A stretch of DNA of 64,000 nucleotides from Mytilus edulis (Eukaryota): positions 25,606,001-25,670,000 of the forward strand of contig NC_092353.1 in the NCBI RefSeq assembly GCF_963676685.1. Direction: 5' to 3'. The translations under genes were made by a program, and so were the position numbers. Below the pieces are notes generated by a model that had not been told where the DNA came from, did not search any database, and saw only the letters and a program-made list of their open reading frames with translations. This document shows positions 24,797-38,300 of this stretch, piece by piece (within the stretch, counting starts at the first letter, position 1; every line of letters begins with the position of its first letter).

Positions 24797-26497
24797 TATT
24801 AATATTTTATCCTGTTATCTTGTAAAGACTGTTATATATAAGCTTGTACAGTGTAGGCTCAATGTTCAACTTATGGTTAGCCTAAAGCCAGTGATAAACT
24901 TCTAATATGAGAATGAGATCATAACTACATCGGGAAGATTAATAATAAGTGATACTAGGTAATGGTTTTGAGCTGTCAAGTCTAGCAGAGATCTTTGGAG
25001 CAGATAATTGAAATTGTAAATCTTATAAATAAAATTGAACAGAAATCAACTGATCTACTGGTAAAAAGTAAAGAAACAAGAAAGGTCATTTATAGCTTTT
25101 GAAGTTTGGAAATTCAGCACCTTATGATAGAATTGTTTGATAAAAGTCATTATTTTTTTCATTTTAGTGTGTCTGATTTATATTTATGATGAAATTTCTC
25201 TTGAATTGGTCAGACATTTTCTTATTGATCAGAATGAAATATACACTGAAATTCAAAAAAGTATTTTACTCAATACTATTATATAAAAAGGCAAAGCATA
25301 TTAGATAAGGACAGTTTTTTGATATCTACTAAAAATAATTGCACCTCCTAACGATGAATTACGTGAACAGCTCAGTGAGTAGAAAATGTGACAATATTAA
25401 GTTGTTCTGTTGTTAAATAACATTATTTTTTTATGTTTAGCTGAAGTACAAATTTTGTTTACTGTTTTTGAATTGAAAAAAATATTTAGCATTACTTTAA
25501 ACTGTTGTATATTATATATGCGTAAGAATTATTTCGATCATGTAAAGTATATTTATTGCAGATCACCCTCTCCACATTATAAAATATATATCTTAACTTG
25601 TTGTGCATAATGAAAATAATAAGTTTTATTGTAAAGCAGCCACACATTTCATTCTGAAAGTAACCAAAAGTCAAGCAGGCAATAATATATCATATTGCAC
25701 TAGTGCAAACTTCATTAGTGACACAAACATATTTACATGGATTTTCCAACTTTGGTATACTGTAAAAGGTTTTTTGCATGGATATTGGAGAAAATTATCC
25801 TTCGTAGAATTTATATAGTACTTGCAAACTCATTAAATATAAAAATCTACTAAGAACAATATTAATGCAGTAACCCTATATGCTAAGTGGAGATAATTTG
25901 ATTTTTTTTTTGGTGATTATTTTCCCCATCCATGATATTTAATGTTTGATTATAATGAACAAGCTAAATGTATGTACATTGAATACTCTGGATTCATTTG
26001 TTTTTGTGTATACCAATTATTGTGGATTAAGGTAGGGAGGTTGTTGATTTACTAAAGTATGCATAGACTCATGTAAAATTATTGTACTTCAGTTTTAAAA
26101 CCCATATCCATGAAAATTGGTACCTCACAAATGATGAAATGAATCCAGTTCAATGCTATTACTTTCTGGAAGTGGCACATATATCATATCTTATATACTG
26201 TTATATATGTTTTTCATTTATTGTAAATAAAAGTTACTAAAACAGAAGAGAATTTATTTTTATTGATAGAACTCAACAACAAAAAATAATTAAAGAAAGC
26301 ATTGAAACAGACATAACTGTAGTGTCATAAACTTTCATTTCAGTATAATATCTCATTCTGTCTTTTATTGTTGTCGTGGATAGAACTCTTAACATTGAAA
26401 ACTGTTATATTTACTCTCTTTAAAGTTGTCACATCTTACAACACAAGAGCTACAGATGTGATACACTAATTCAGTTAAATTGGTTCAATCAGCAAAT

Positions 26498-26688
26498 ACT
26501 GTAAACCAACTTATTTTCGTGGATACTTTGTTTCACATTTAGCCTATTTCTAGGCTATTTAATTTAGCGATTCTCAGATTAACTTGTAGTTAAATAAGGA
26601 GAAATTAAAGTTTTACATATTCGCGGCAATTTATATTTGCGATATTTTTCTACTCGAGGAAGTCCCGAAAATAGGTTTGTTTACAGTA
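26498..26688. mobile_element. Tc1/mariner-like MITE (TACTGTAAACCAAC family)
   Basis: TACTGTAAACCAACTTATTT ... AAATAGGTTTGTTTACAGTA. A nested pair of the same family lies at 33030-33359. Confidence 0.65.
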
Positions 26689-27568
26689 GTCTGACAAAGT
26701 TAATTACTTTTAAATTTACTGACCTGCAGATTTCTGTTTTCAATTGAATTTTATGATGAGATTCAGGAAAACTGTGAGGAGTGTTTGTTTCTGATGCTTT
26801 TGTTTAATTGAGTGGCAATGTTTAACGAGTAGCTGTTGCTAATTTAGCAAACTTTCTGTACTGCATTCCAAATAACTGATATGTGTTTGTCATATATATG
26901 TTGGGTAGTGCTGTAGGTGTTGTAATCTGTTATGGAGGTCAATATTTTTGTGAATTCTTTTGACTGTGATCCTTTTAACATATCATGCCTGAATAGTTGC
27001 TACATATCAGACATTCAGTTTAACTAGAGTAGTGTGATTGTCTGATATTTTAATTTCTTTACTTAAGCAGTTTTCTCTATTTGTCCATTGGGTGTAAAGC
27101 TCTTGATGTGGATCAGTATTTAAACATCTTGCTTTCACTTTTTTGGCCAAGGACGATACTGTTACTGGTGGGTGCCAAGGGTTTGACCCATGAGATATTA
27201 ATAGTGTTGCTTTCATTTTGAATACCCTTTTCTTAATTTGTACATTATGGGGAGAGAGTATACACGGTAAATGTCATTGTGTTAACGCTGAAGTCAAGTT
27301 GCAGTACCTGATTTCATATACTATCAACTACAAAAACTCTTTTGGTTGGTGTCGTTAGATTCAATTGTATGTAATTGTTTGGCTTAATTGATGTAGATAT
27401 GTTATGTTGTGTCAGAGATCAATTATATTCATTTAGTGTATGTCCCCTTTCCCTCCATCTGTTTGTATGTACATCCAGAAATTGGTTTTTGTTCTCTCAC
27501 TTTAGTTTGTGGCAACAAAATGTTATGAAACTTGTATACAAAGCTTATTACAACCAAACACATCTCAC

Positions 27569-27846
27569 AAACATGTTTAACCCCGCCGCATCTTTGCGCC
27601 TGTCCCAAGTCAGGAGCCTCTGGCCTTTGTTAGTCTTGTTTTATTTTAATTTTAGTTTCTTGTGTACAATTTGGAAATTAGTATGGCGTTCATTATCACT
27701 GGACTAGTATATATTTGTTTAGGGGCCAGTTCCGGTGTGGGAATTTCTCGCTACATTGAAGACCTGTTGGTGACCCTCTGCTGTTGTTTTTTATTTGGTT
27801 GGGTTGTTGTCTCTTTGACACATTCCCCATTTCCATTCTCAATTTT
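27569..27846. repeat. Abundant dispersed repeat (family unassigned)
   Basis: CATGTTTAACCCCGCC...CCTGTCCCAAGTCAGGAGCC...CATTCCCCATTTCCATTCTCAATTT. Partial copies at ~14250-14690, 28460-28620, 44488-44575 (rc), 56160-56325 (rc) and 56730-56870. Confidence 0.65.
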
Positions 27847-29329
27847 AAGTTTGAAATTTTCCAAGGGTAAATGCATCAAAGTTATAGTAAATTTTATGAA
27901 ACCTTGTTGCTTTGCATAAATTCAAAATATTTAATATTTTTTAAAGTCACTAGGCAAACTAATGATGGATGGAATATAAAGTCATTTGAAGAGGGGCTAA
28001 AAATGCCACTTATCATACCATGTAAAGTATGGTGTTGTCAGAGACTAACGCATAAAATGTCATAGAAGAATGCACATACTGAAGTGTCACCTGCCTTACT
28101 CATCAAGGTTGAATATATGTTGAAAGTGTGTAATATGAAGGTTTATTACAAGTACAATGTATCACATAAACTTACCGTTATCAATAATCAATTTATAAGT
28201 GGGCAAGGTCAGATGAACACTGCCAAAGACATTAACCCCTTACAATCAAATTATACACCAAATTTAGTAAGCCTACTGCCTATAGAATCTCAGAAACAGA
28301 CCTAATTATGAAAACTGGACAATCAAATTGATCAATGAACCATAAAAATGAGGTGAAGGTCAATATGAACACTGCCAGACAAGATGCATACCATGCAATC
28401 ATTCAATATTCCATATATGGTTGACTTGTTGTTAAAAAGTAACTGATAAACAGACAACTCTTGTGTTGTACTGTTACGCCACTGTCCCAGGTTAGGGTAG
28501 GGTTTGGATCCCGCTTACATGTTTAACCCCGCCACATTCTGTATGTATGTGCCTGTCCCAAGTCAGAAGCCTGTAATTCAGTGGTTGTTGTTTCTTGATG
28601 TGAGACATTTGTTTTTCGTTATTTTTTTCGGAAAGTTTACAATTTCTAAAATTAACACCCCCAAAATATTTTTTTACACTCTACCCCTTTTTCAAAAATA
28701 AATAATGTTTAAAGAAATTTTCTTCCCCTGCTGGTACCCTTTTTGGTCTGTAATTCCTTAATGGTGAGGACCATCACCCCCAAAACAATACCAACCTTCC
28801 TTTTGTGGTATAATACCTTATGATTAAATTTCATAGAGATCCATACACTTAAACTAAAGTTATTTCCCCGGAAACCAAATGTGTCTTAGGACGACAATGA
28901 CGCAGACGACAACATAATAGCATTATGTGAACCCAAAAATATTTTTGAGGTCGTATATAATTTCATTATTTGGGTAAGATTGTTATAAAATTCCAATCAA
29001 TTTTAAAGAAAATGGGTACCTTCCATATGTGTACTTGAATGTGCAAATTACAAAGTCCATGTCATCCCAAAGTAATCTCCAATAATTATTCCAATAAAGA
29101 GGTGCAGAAGTACATCATGAGACCAAGATTCTTGATAAGTTTCACCAAATCTGGTCAGTGTTTCAGGAGAAGTTGCAGATACGAACTGACAGACCAATAA
29201 AGTTGTTGGAGATACTCCTCCATTACTTTTTACTGACTGCTTTTAAAAGCAAGGTACAAATTAAGCCAATCATGGCCCTTTTTACACTTTGTCCTTTTGC
29301 AATAATTTAAGATTTCAGAAACTTTCTTT

Positions 29330-32300
29330 TTATGTTTTAATAGATAAAATTGCTTTTTTCTTTTCTTTCTTCTTCTTTTTATTATATTGTCCACTAGCGT
29401 CCATAAAGAACTGAACCTCCTGAGATTCTTCAATATGTCCCTTCATAAACTGTAATCCTGCTATATTGAAGCCTATCTGGTCCTACAATAAGACATAATA
29501 AATCATAATTGTCAAGGTATCTACAATGCTTTCTATTGATGGTGTTAATTAACTGTAGTTATACCTAAACTTTTGCCCCTATCAGATTTTCAGAAACTAT
29601 AGCAGTTTTTAAGATTATAGACAAATTATATTTTACACCTATATTCTGTTTGAATTCATATTCACCAATAGACCACTTTCGAGTTTGTTCTTCACCAGAA
29701 AGACTAGTCAATTATGTGCCCCTTTATGACGTCATTAAACAGATAGAGGGGATTACTTGTATCCCTGCACTATTAACATTCATCAAGCGACTTAGTGATT
29801 GTCATTGTGCAGGATAAACTAGAAATAATGTTTGTTTCGTAGGTACTTAATCACAATTCCCTAATGACAGCAGTGCTGATTGTCAATTATAAGAATTCAA
29901 TTTGCCGAGTAATTCGTGCAATATAGCATCATAGTTTTCCAAACACTTGCTCAACATTGGAACGGAAGTGACGACACCCCTAAATGCACAAATGATGTTC
30001 ACTAAAACCAAAGTTTTTGACATAAATGCATTGAACTCGAAATTGTCTATTTGATCAAAATTTTCATAAATATATCTGATTTAACACATAATAAAACATA
30101 TATCTAATAATAGTCATATATCATTTCTATTTTCTGCTTTTATAAATGTTTGAAACAAAAATTAATATTTTTTAATTTGTAGGCAATGGCTCTTTTAGCC
30201 ATGTTTGTTGGCAAGTGGGATTATTGTACACAATTTTAAACAAGCCAGAAAATCCAATGATGATTGTGTCCAAGTAAGATCCAATTGGTTCAGAGGAGGA
30301 GCTTTTCTTAAAAGTTAAAAGACCTTGACCTATTCCAAGTGATGAGAATAGCTCACTTGATCCTTTGGGTCAGTTGAGCTAAAGGATTTATTGTTAGAAT
30401 TTTTTTTATTGCAGGCTTACTCTAAGTTTGTTGACCTGATCCACTGTTTTTGTCCTGAGTCTATCTATGACAGGGAGTAAGACCTGATTGGATGTTATCT
30501 GTCCATGATGAACTCTAAAAAAAATAATCACAGAGTAAATTATGCTGAAACTTAAAACGATCAGTATAATTTTAGCATAATTAAAAAAAAAAAAGAAAAC
30601 AATTGGAGTCATTAACCTTAATTTGTAAAGTGATTTGTGTGAAGTTATATGCAATAATCATAAATAGTCTCCGAGATACAATGCAAAATGTGAAAAAAAA
30701 ACCACTTTTTTTACAAAAACTTAATAACTCTAAAATAAATTTTGAATCATCACCAAATAGAATACAGATCTTTAGCTTAATATAACTAAGAAGTGTGTAA
30801 AGTTTTAAGCAATAATCAAATAATTTTTGAGATACATAGCAACATGTGAAAAAAACACACCCCTGTTTTAAAGTCCTGTAACTCAAAAAGTTTAAATCCT
30901 ATTTTCACCAAAAAGTATAAAGATCGTTTGACCATCATAAGAAACAACTATATTAAGTTTCATGAAATTTGGATAAGCGGTTCTCAAGTAATTGTACAAC
31001 ATGTGGACACTAGACAGACGCCAGACATTTGTATACCACAATACGTCCTGTATAAAAACTTTAAAAAAATGTGAACACTTTAATGTTACTTACCGTAGAA
31101 GGAAGAATAAACATCTACAAGAGAGTTCTATTTCCCATCCTGAGTCTATAAAAACCTCTAACACTTTAAGCATGTCAATCACATAGGAAAAGGGCAGTAC
31201 CAGTAGTGATTCCTCAAGTTCACTGAAATATAGTTCACAATTGCTTTCATAAACTGCTTTTTTTAACTCAAGAGTGAAGACAAGCATGCACTTTTAAACA
31301 CAGGAACTAATGGATACTATAACAAAACATTGGTGATGAAATTTCATTTTTTTTATAAGCAGACATATCTTGCAGATATGCACTGAAAATGAAAGATCAA
31401 TGGTCAGCAATGTACATATTTTAAATACCAAATAACAAAGACTTAATATTACTGTACAGAAACTTATAAATAGGTAAACCAGATGCTCCGCAGGGCACAG
31501 CTTTATATGACTGCAGAGGTCGAACCCTGAACAGTTGGGGCAAATATGTACACAATATTCAAGCTTGATACAGCTCTGAATTTGGATTGTGATTAAATTG
31601 TTGACACAGCATAGGTTTCCAACACAGAATGAATGTGGTCAAATGAAATTAAAAAAAATAAATTTACCTATTATGGTCCAATATCCAAAATCTAAATACA
31701 TGGCCATGGATTGATTCCGCATATCAAAGAATTTTTTTTCAAACAAAGTTTATTTTTGGACCCTTTTGACCTCAATGTGGACCAATTTGATAATAGGGCC
31801 CAAAAAATCAAAATCTAAATACATGGTTAGAATGAGCATACCAAAGAACCCCATACATTCAATTTTTGTTGAAATCAAACAAAGTTAAATTTTGGACCCC
31901 AATTTGGACCAAGTTGAAAACTGGGCCCAAAATTAAAAATCTAAATACACGGTTAGATTAGGCATATCAAAGAACCTCAATATTTCAATTTTTGATGAAA
32001 TCAAACAAAGTTTAATTTTGACCCTTTGAACCTCAAGTGGACCAATTTGAAAACGAGGACCAAATTCAAAAAACTTAATTCACAGTTAGATTCAGCATAT
32101 CTAAGAACCCCAAGAATCCAAGAATAAAACCCCATTGAAATTGGTCAAGAAATAAGCAATTTAAACAAAGTATTAGAAAAGTATTGTTTTTGGCTCTTTT
32201 TTGGCCTCTAATTCCTAAACAGTTTGGGCCATACCCCCAAAATCAATCCCAACCTTCCCTTTTTTTAAATGGAAACTTATGGTACAATTTAAGAAAGATC

Positions 32301-35300
32301 CATACACTTACACACAAGTTATTATCTCTAAACTAGAAAAATACTTATTTTGACCCTTTTTGGGCCCCTTGTTCCTAAACTATTGGGACCAAAACCCTCA
32401 AAATCAATCCCAACCTTTCTTTAATGGTTCTAAACGTTATGTCAAAATTTTATTTGTTTTCTATACACTAATACTGAAGTAATTATCTGGAAACCATCGG
32501 TCTTCAGACGACGCTGACGTCATGATACCAATATACGACCAATTTTTTTTAATTTTTGCGGTCTTATAAAAATTACTGAAATCAATTATGCAGCAACAAA
32601 ATTAATGATAATAACTGGCATATAATCATAATATTCAATTGTCTTTAAATCATTATTCAATAATTATAGCTATTTTAAATTAGAGAAGAAAGAGTTTTTG
32701 ATGTATCACAAAATACATTTTATTGTACACTTATGTGTACCACCATTTAGTCGTACCAATTATTCTCCAAACTATAAAAACATAGATGAGTGATGAATTA
32801 GCTCCATTACTTACCTTGATCTAACTTTCTTTAACATGACTAACATAAATCTTGCTGGTGAAGAAACATTATGTGCCAGTAACATGGGATGTGGTGTTGG
32901 TGGAGGTAACTACAAACACAAGATACGGTAAATGTCATTTAAAACAACAGAAACTAAAGGTATCTTAAACAGCAGTAATTAGGTCAATATTATGACACCA
33001 AGAACAAATGTCACATTTGATGCTTTAATATACAGTAAACCAACTTATTTTTTGGCGGATACTTTATTTGGCCTTAACCTTTCCTTGACTAATTCACGGC
33101 TATTTAATTTCGTGACTTTTTGATTTCTTGAAGAAGTTTTAAAGGAAAGATCCAAGCTTAACATATTAGCGACTACTGTAAACTAACTTATCTTCGCGAG
33201 CGATTTAGTTTGCACGACATTTGCGAGAAAAAAGATAACGCGAATATAAATCATTGCGAATAAGTAAATCTTTATTAATCTACATCAAGTAAATTAGAAA
33301 ATCCCGAATTTTAAAAGCCGCGAAATAAAGTATCCACGAAAATAGGTTGGTTTACAGTATTTGATTTATATATTTAAAAGTTCATAGACACAGTCATCAT
33401 TTATGTCTTTTGCTTTATCTATCCCTATGTTCTTTCCTATGTAACAGTGGCCATATTAGGTTAATATATTTGTGATTGAATTACTGATATGAATAAGAAA
33501 CAGATTCTACCAAAATACTTCATTGATAATCATAGTTTTCTACTTTTAAAATTATTACTTTTTCTATAGTGATCATTTGTAAGGATGCTTTTCGTGAATT
33601 ATAAATATAGATGTTCAAACTCAATTAATCTGTATCATCCCAACTTATGTCATACCATGGACTGAGCACATTGATGACTTACAAAATTTACTTTATTTGT
33701 CAATTGGTTACCGATTTGTTTATCAATTGAGTTACAGCTTATTTCCTAATGCTTGTAGAGAAAAAATATGGTTGGCTTGTTGCTTTGTTTGTATAAACGA
33801 TTACCAAAGATTTGTAATTAAGATTGACATCTTGAAACAATATTTATAGGCATAGTTAAACCTGTATACTAGTATATTATATTTAAATTTGATTGGAAGT
33901 AATTCAAATTACTATATTCTACATAATTTCACCTTAAATAAGAAAGCTAGACTTTGATTGGTTGATAGCCAGTGTATTTTACACATATTGTAATATTTTT
34001 TCCTCATATCAAACTAATTTGCCTATTTTTCACCAAATAAAATTTGGTGAATTTGCCTCAAATACCATGTTATTTGCCATTTTGAATAATCCTTTTTACT
34101 CTCTGGAGCATCTTCCTGCCAAATTTTTGGATATAGCTTTACATAAAACTAGAGGCTCTAAAGAGCCTGTGTCGCTCACCTTGGTCTATGTGAATATTAA
34201 AGGAAGCAGATGGATTCATGACAAAATTGTGTTTTGGTGATGGTGATGTGTTTGTACATCTTACTTTACTGAACATTCTTGCTGCTTAAAATGATCTCTA
34301 TCTATAATGAACTTGGCCCATTAGTTTCAGTGGAAAATGTTAGTAAAAATTTACATATTTTATGAAAATTGTTAAAAATTGCATTTTACCCCATGTTCTA
34401 TTTTTAGCCATGGCGGCCATCTTGGTTTGATGGCCGGGTCACCGGACACATTTTTCAAACTACAAACCCAAAAGATGATTGTGGCTAAGTTTGGATTAAT
34501 TTGGCACAGTAGTTTCAGAGGAGAAGATTTTTGTAAAATATTACTAAGATTTACGAAAAATAGTTAAAAATTTACTATAAAGGGCAATAACTCCTAAAGG
34601 GGTCAACTGACCATTTCAGTCATGTTGACTTATTTGTAAATCTTACTTTGCTGAACATTATTGTTATTTACAGTTTATCTCTATCAATAATAATATTCAA
34701 GATAATGACCAAAAACAGAAAAATTTCCTTTATATAACTAACAATTCAGGGTCAGCAACCCAACAACGGGTTGTCCGATTCATCTAAAAATTTCAGAGCA
34801 GATAAATGTTGACCTGATAAACAATTTTACCCCATGTCAGATTTGCTCTAAATGCTTTGGGTTTTGAGTTATAAGCCAAAAACTGCATTTACCCCTATGT
34901 TCTATTTTTAGCCATGGCGGCCATCTTGGATGGTTGGCCGGGTCACGCCACACATTTTTTAAACTAAATATCCCAATGATGATTGTGGCCAAGTTTGGTT
35001 TAATTTGGCCCAGTAGTTTTAGAGTAGAAGATTTTTGTAAAAGTTAACGACGACGACAACGGACGCCAAGTGATGAGAAAAGCTCACTTGGCCTTTTAGG
35101 CCAGGTGAGCTAAAAAGGGAGATAACGAGTATAAGTACATGTATAATTCCTGTGGTTCCATGATAATATCCTCTTATCCTCAAAATTATGAATAAACATG
35201 TTAATGAATTACAGCTTTCAAGTACAGTTTGTTTTTATCTACACCTGTACAGAGAGTTTCAATCCAAATCTATTCGATGTAATTTGCCTAAAAATACCAG

Positions 35301-38300
35301 TCTTTGGACTGAATTTCTCTTGCCTAGCGGCTCTGGAAATTTTACAGTCCCTTCACTGGAATTTTTCGCAAATACCCCTCCATAACATGATATATCTGTT
35401 CAATATACAAACAAAGCAAGCAAGCTTACCAATGTCTTGCTCTACATGCATTATAAAATTAGCTGTAATGTGACCAAGAACAGTGTTAATATAATAACTG
35501 ACCTCCTTTCCTTTCTGTTTACATTCCTCTTCATGTTGTTCTAACTTCAATGTTTCCTCTTTATATAATTCTAAAGCTTCCATAATTTTCTCTGCCTTTA
35601 ATTAAAACAAGTTCGTATATAATCTGTTTGTGTAAAGCTAGTTCTATATTCAAATAATTGTACATGTACTACATGTATTATGTAATGCTACAGGCTGTAA
35701 ATCTTGATCTTGTTGCTAAAATTTCGGAAATTACTTATCAACCTGCATTTTACCTTAGTATTCATTAATTTTATATACATATGGTATTTAAACAAGATAC
35801 ACAAAATAATTTTCAAATTTCAAAAGTCAGAATTTTATTTTATAGTTACATGTACATTTCATTGCGTGGCAGAATTAAATTGAATCTTTCAAATAAAGCT
35901 GAAGTCAGTTCACCTTTTGAATTCCAAACTACTTCACTATGATAACAACCTCTTTGGCAATAATGCAATCCCAATTTTTATATCAAATGTATTTTTTCTC
36001 ACATATTTGTGTGATTCTTGGAGAATCACTTTGTTGTATCCTTAACCAGACCTGAACTTTTCAGCATGGAAAGTAAAAATCTTACCCCTTTTACTGTTTC
36101 AATACTTTTCTTTCCTGCTAACCCTACTTCAATGTTTGTCTCCCCTGCCACCTATAAAATAATACATTTCTATTGGGAAAACATAATCAAAGATGTCAAT
36201 ACTACTACTATGATTTTATTTCTGTACATATAATATCTTTTATTAAAAATTTTCAAGTTACTTCTAATGGAGATAACATAATAACGACACAAAAAATAAT
36301 GTTTAACATTTTGTGTAAGGATTATTCCATTTAAAGGAATGTTGGAGGGTAGTAAGGCAATGCTTTATGAGGTCATTTATGGTTGCTTGTCCTTTTGATG
36401 TATGTAAAATTACTCAAAATAAAATATCATGGTTGTGGTGCTATTTTGGAAGTTCCATTAAACCATCAACATTCATACTAATGGGGTATCCCTAAAATAG
36501 CATTTCTATCAGACTCTGATAAAGATAAAGTTTATAAAATAAAATCTAAGAATCCTTAATATGCACATTCTTTAAACTTATATCACTGTTTACATACCCA
36601 ATTATAGATGGATGGTTTATTGAATTTAAAACTTTTTGAATAATCTAAAAGTTTGTTGTTGATTTTCTTGAAACTGGTGAAATATATTCTAATATCACTG
36701 TACATATACTTAAATCAAAGCTAAACGGAGACATAAAGATCACTAAGAACATACCACAGGTTCTCCTGACTGAGCGACCGAATCTTCATACTCTGCTTCT
36801 CTTTCCTGAAATTCATTAGGACATTTTCAATACATAATACTTTTGTGTTTAAAGGTAATAATGGTTAAACAGTAAGAAAGAATAATCTGCATTAAAGCAA
36901 AATTTAAATTCAGAAAGTATAAAAAAGATTAACAGCTGTTGGTGACAGGATTGTGCTGATTTTTTATTTTGTGTTTTTCTTTTAATGACATAATAATCTA
37001 CATAGGCAATCGGCTGTTATTGTTATGATTGCAAGTAAAACTGATTTAACGCTTTCACATTTTGAGCATGCATCAGGTGTTGTTTGTTGTTATTAGTCAT
37101 ATTTATTTTCAGGTGAGTACAGTGTTGGTGATTCAGATTGTTGTACTTTCAATCTTATTTTAATATTTCTAATTTTCTTTGTTACGAATTGATTAAAATT
37201 TTATTTGAGAGATTATACATGTGTCTAATTAGCACAATTCTCTCTTATTTATACAATTTACAGAGATATTTCACAATAATATATACCATTTCTCTTTCCT
37301 CTTCTAAAACTAATGGTTCTTTTGACCTTTCCCACAATCTCAATGACTTGTCATGAGATCCACTGACCATAAAGTGACCAGCTGAACTAACTGTCAAGCT
37401 CCATACTTCAGCATGATGAGCCTAAATAGTATCAAAGAACTAACAACTTTCAATAGTAACTTACATGTCTTTTTTTTTGGCTAAGACACCAAAATGTTTA
37501 ATTTTTCAATCTTTCAATTTCAAGTAAGGATGTTTTAAAAAAAAATCTATTTATTTTCAAATGATAAAACAAAATCCTTTATCTTACAAGTGCTTAGATT
37601 TGAAATAATTTAAGAAATCAACTTTTACATAAAATTAAAAGTTTAATATATATGATGCATTTAAAGTTTAAAGTTACCACATAAATAACAGGAGATGTGG
37701 AGTAAATTTAAATGAAACAGTAACCAAAGGCAAACAATACACATAATTTACATCTATAGTACTCAAATTTATACTAGTTGCAGAATAATTCCCATTAAGA
37801 GTACTTACAGTAAGTGTAGTTATATGTTCAAAGTTATCAGCATCCCATTGTTTAATCTTGCCATCCTTCCCTCCAGTGAAGAACAGATGTGTTTTAGCCA
37901 CAAATTGTAGACACATTATACTGAAAAATAAAAATAAATTACAACAGAAATCATTGTCATGTTCACCAATGGAACATGTAAATCTATTTCAAAAGGTTGA
38001 AACAAAATTGTGAAAAACTTATACCCTACTTACTTAAAGATTCCATGCTCAGTGTAAAATCAAAACCTAAACTTTGAACAAACAAGATAATGACTGCCCT
38101 GCAATTCTGAAAATCACTTACCAGTTACCAGTAAGTTGCCGAGTAATATGTAATTAAAATAATAGACAGAAGAATACATAAATGGAGAATGTGTCCATTG
38201 GACACATATGATGCCCCTGCTTATATAGATATAGGAAGATGTGGTAAGAGTGCCAATGAGACAACTCTCTATCCAAATGTATAATGTTATAAAGGGACAT

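Noticed and set aside
28490-28510. Telomeric repeat or telomerase template (GTTAGGGTAGGG)
   Set aside because: A single degenerate unit inside a common dispersed repeat.
29230-29433. ORF 29230-29433 as the WDR3 last exon
   Set aside because: Wrong frame. The spliced frame from 29482 gives [12 protein letters not shown]... and stops at 29330.
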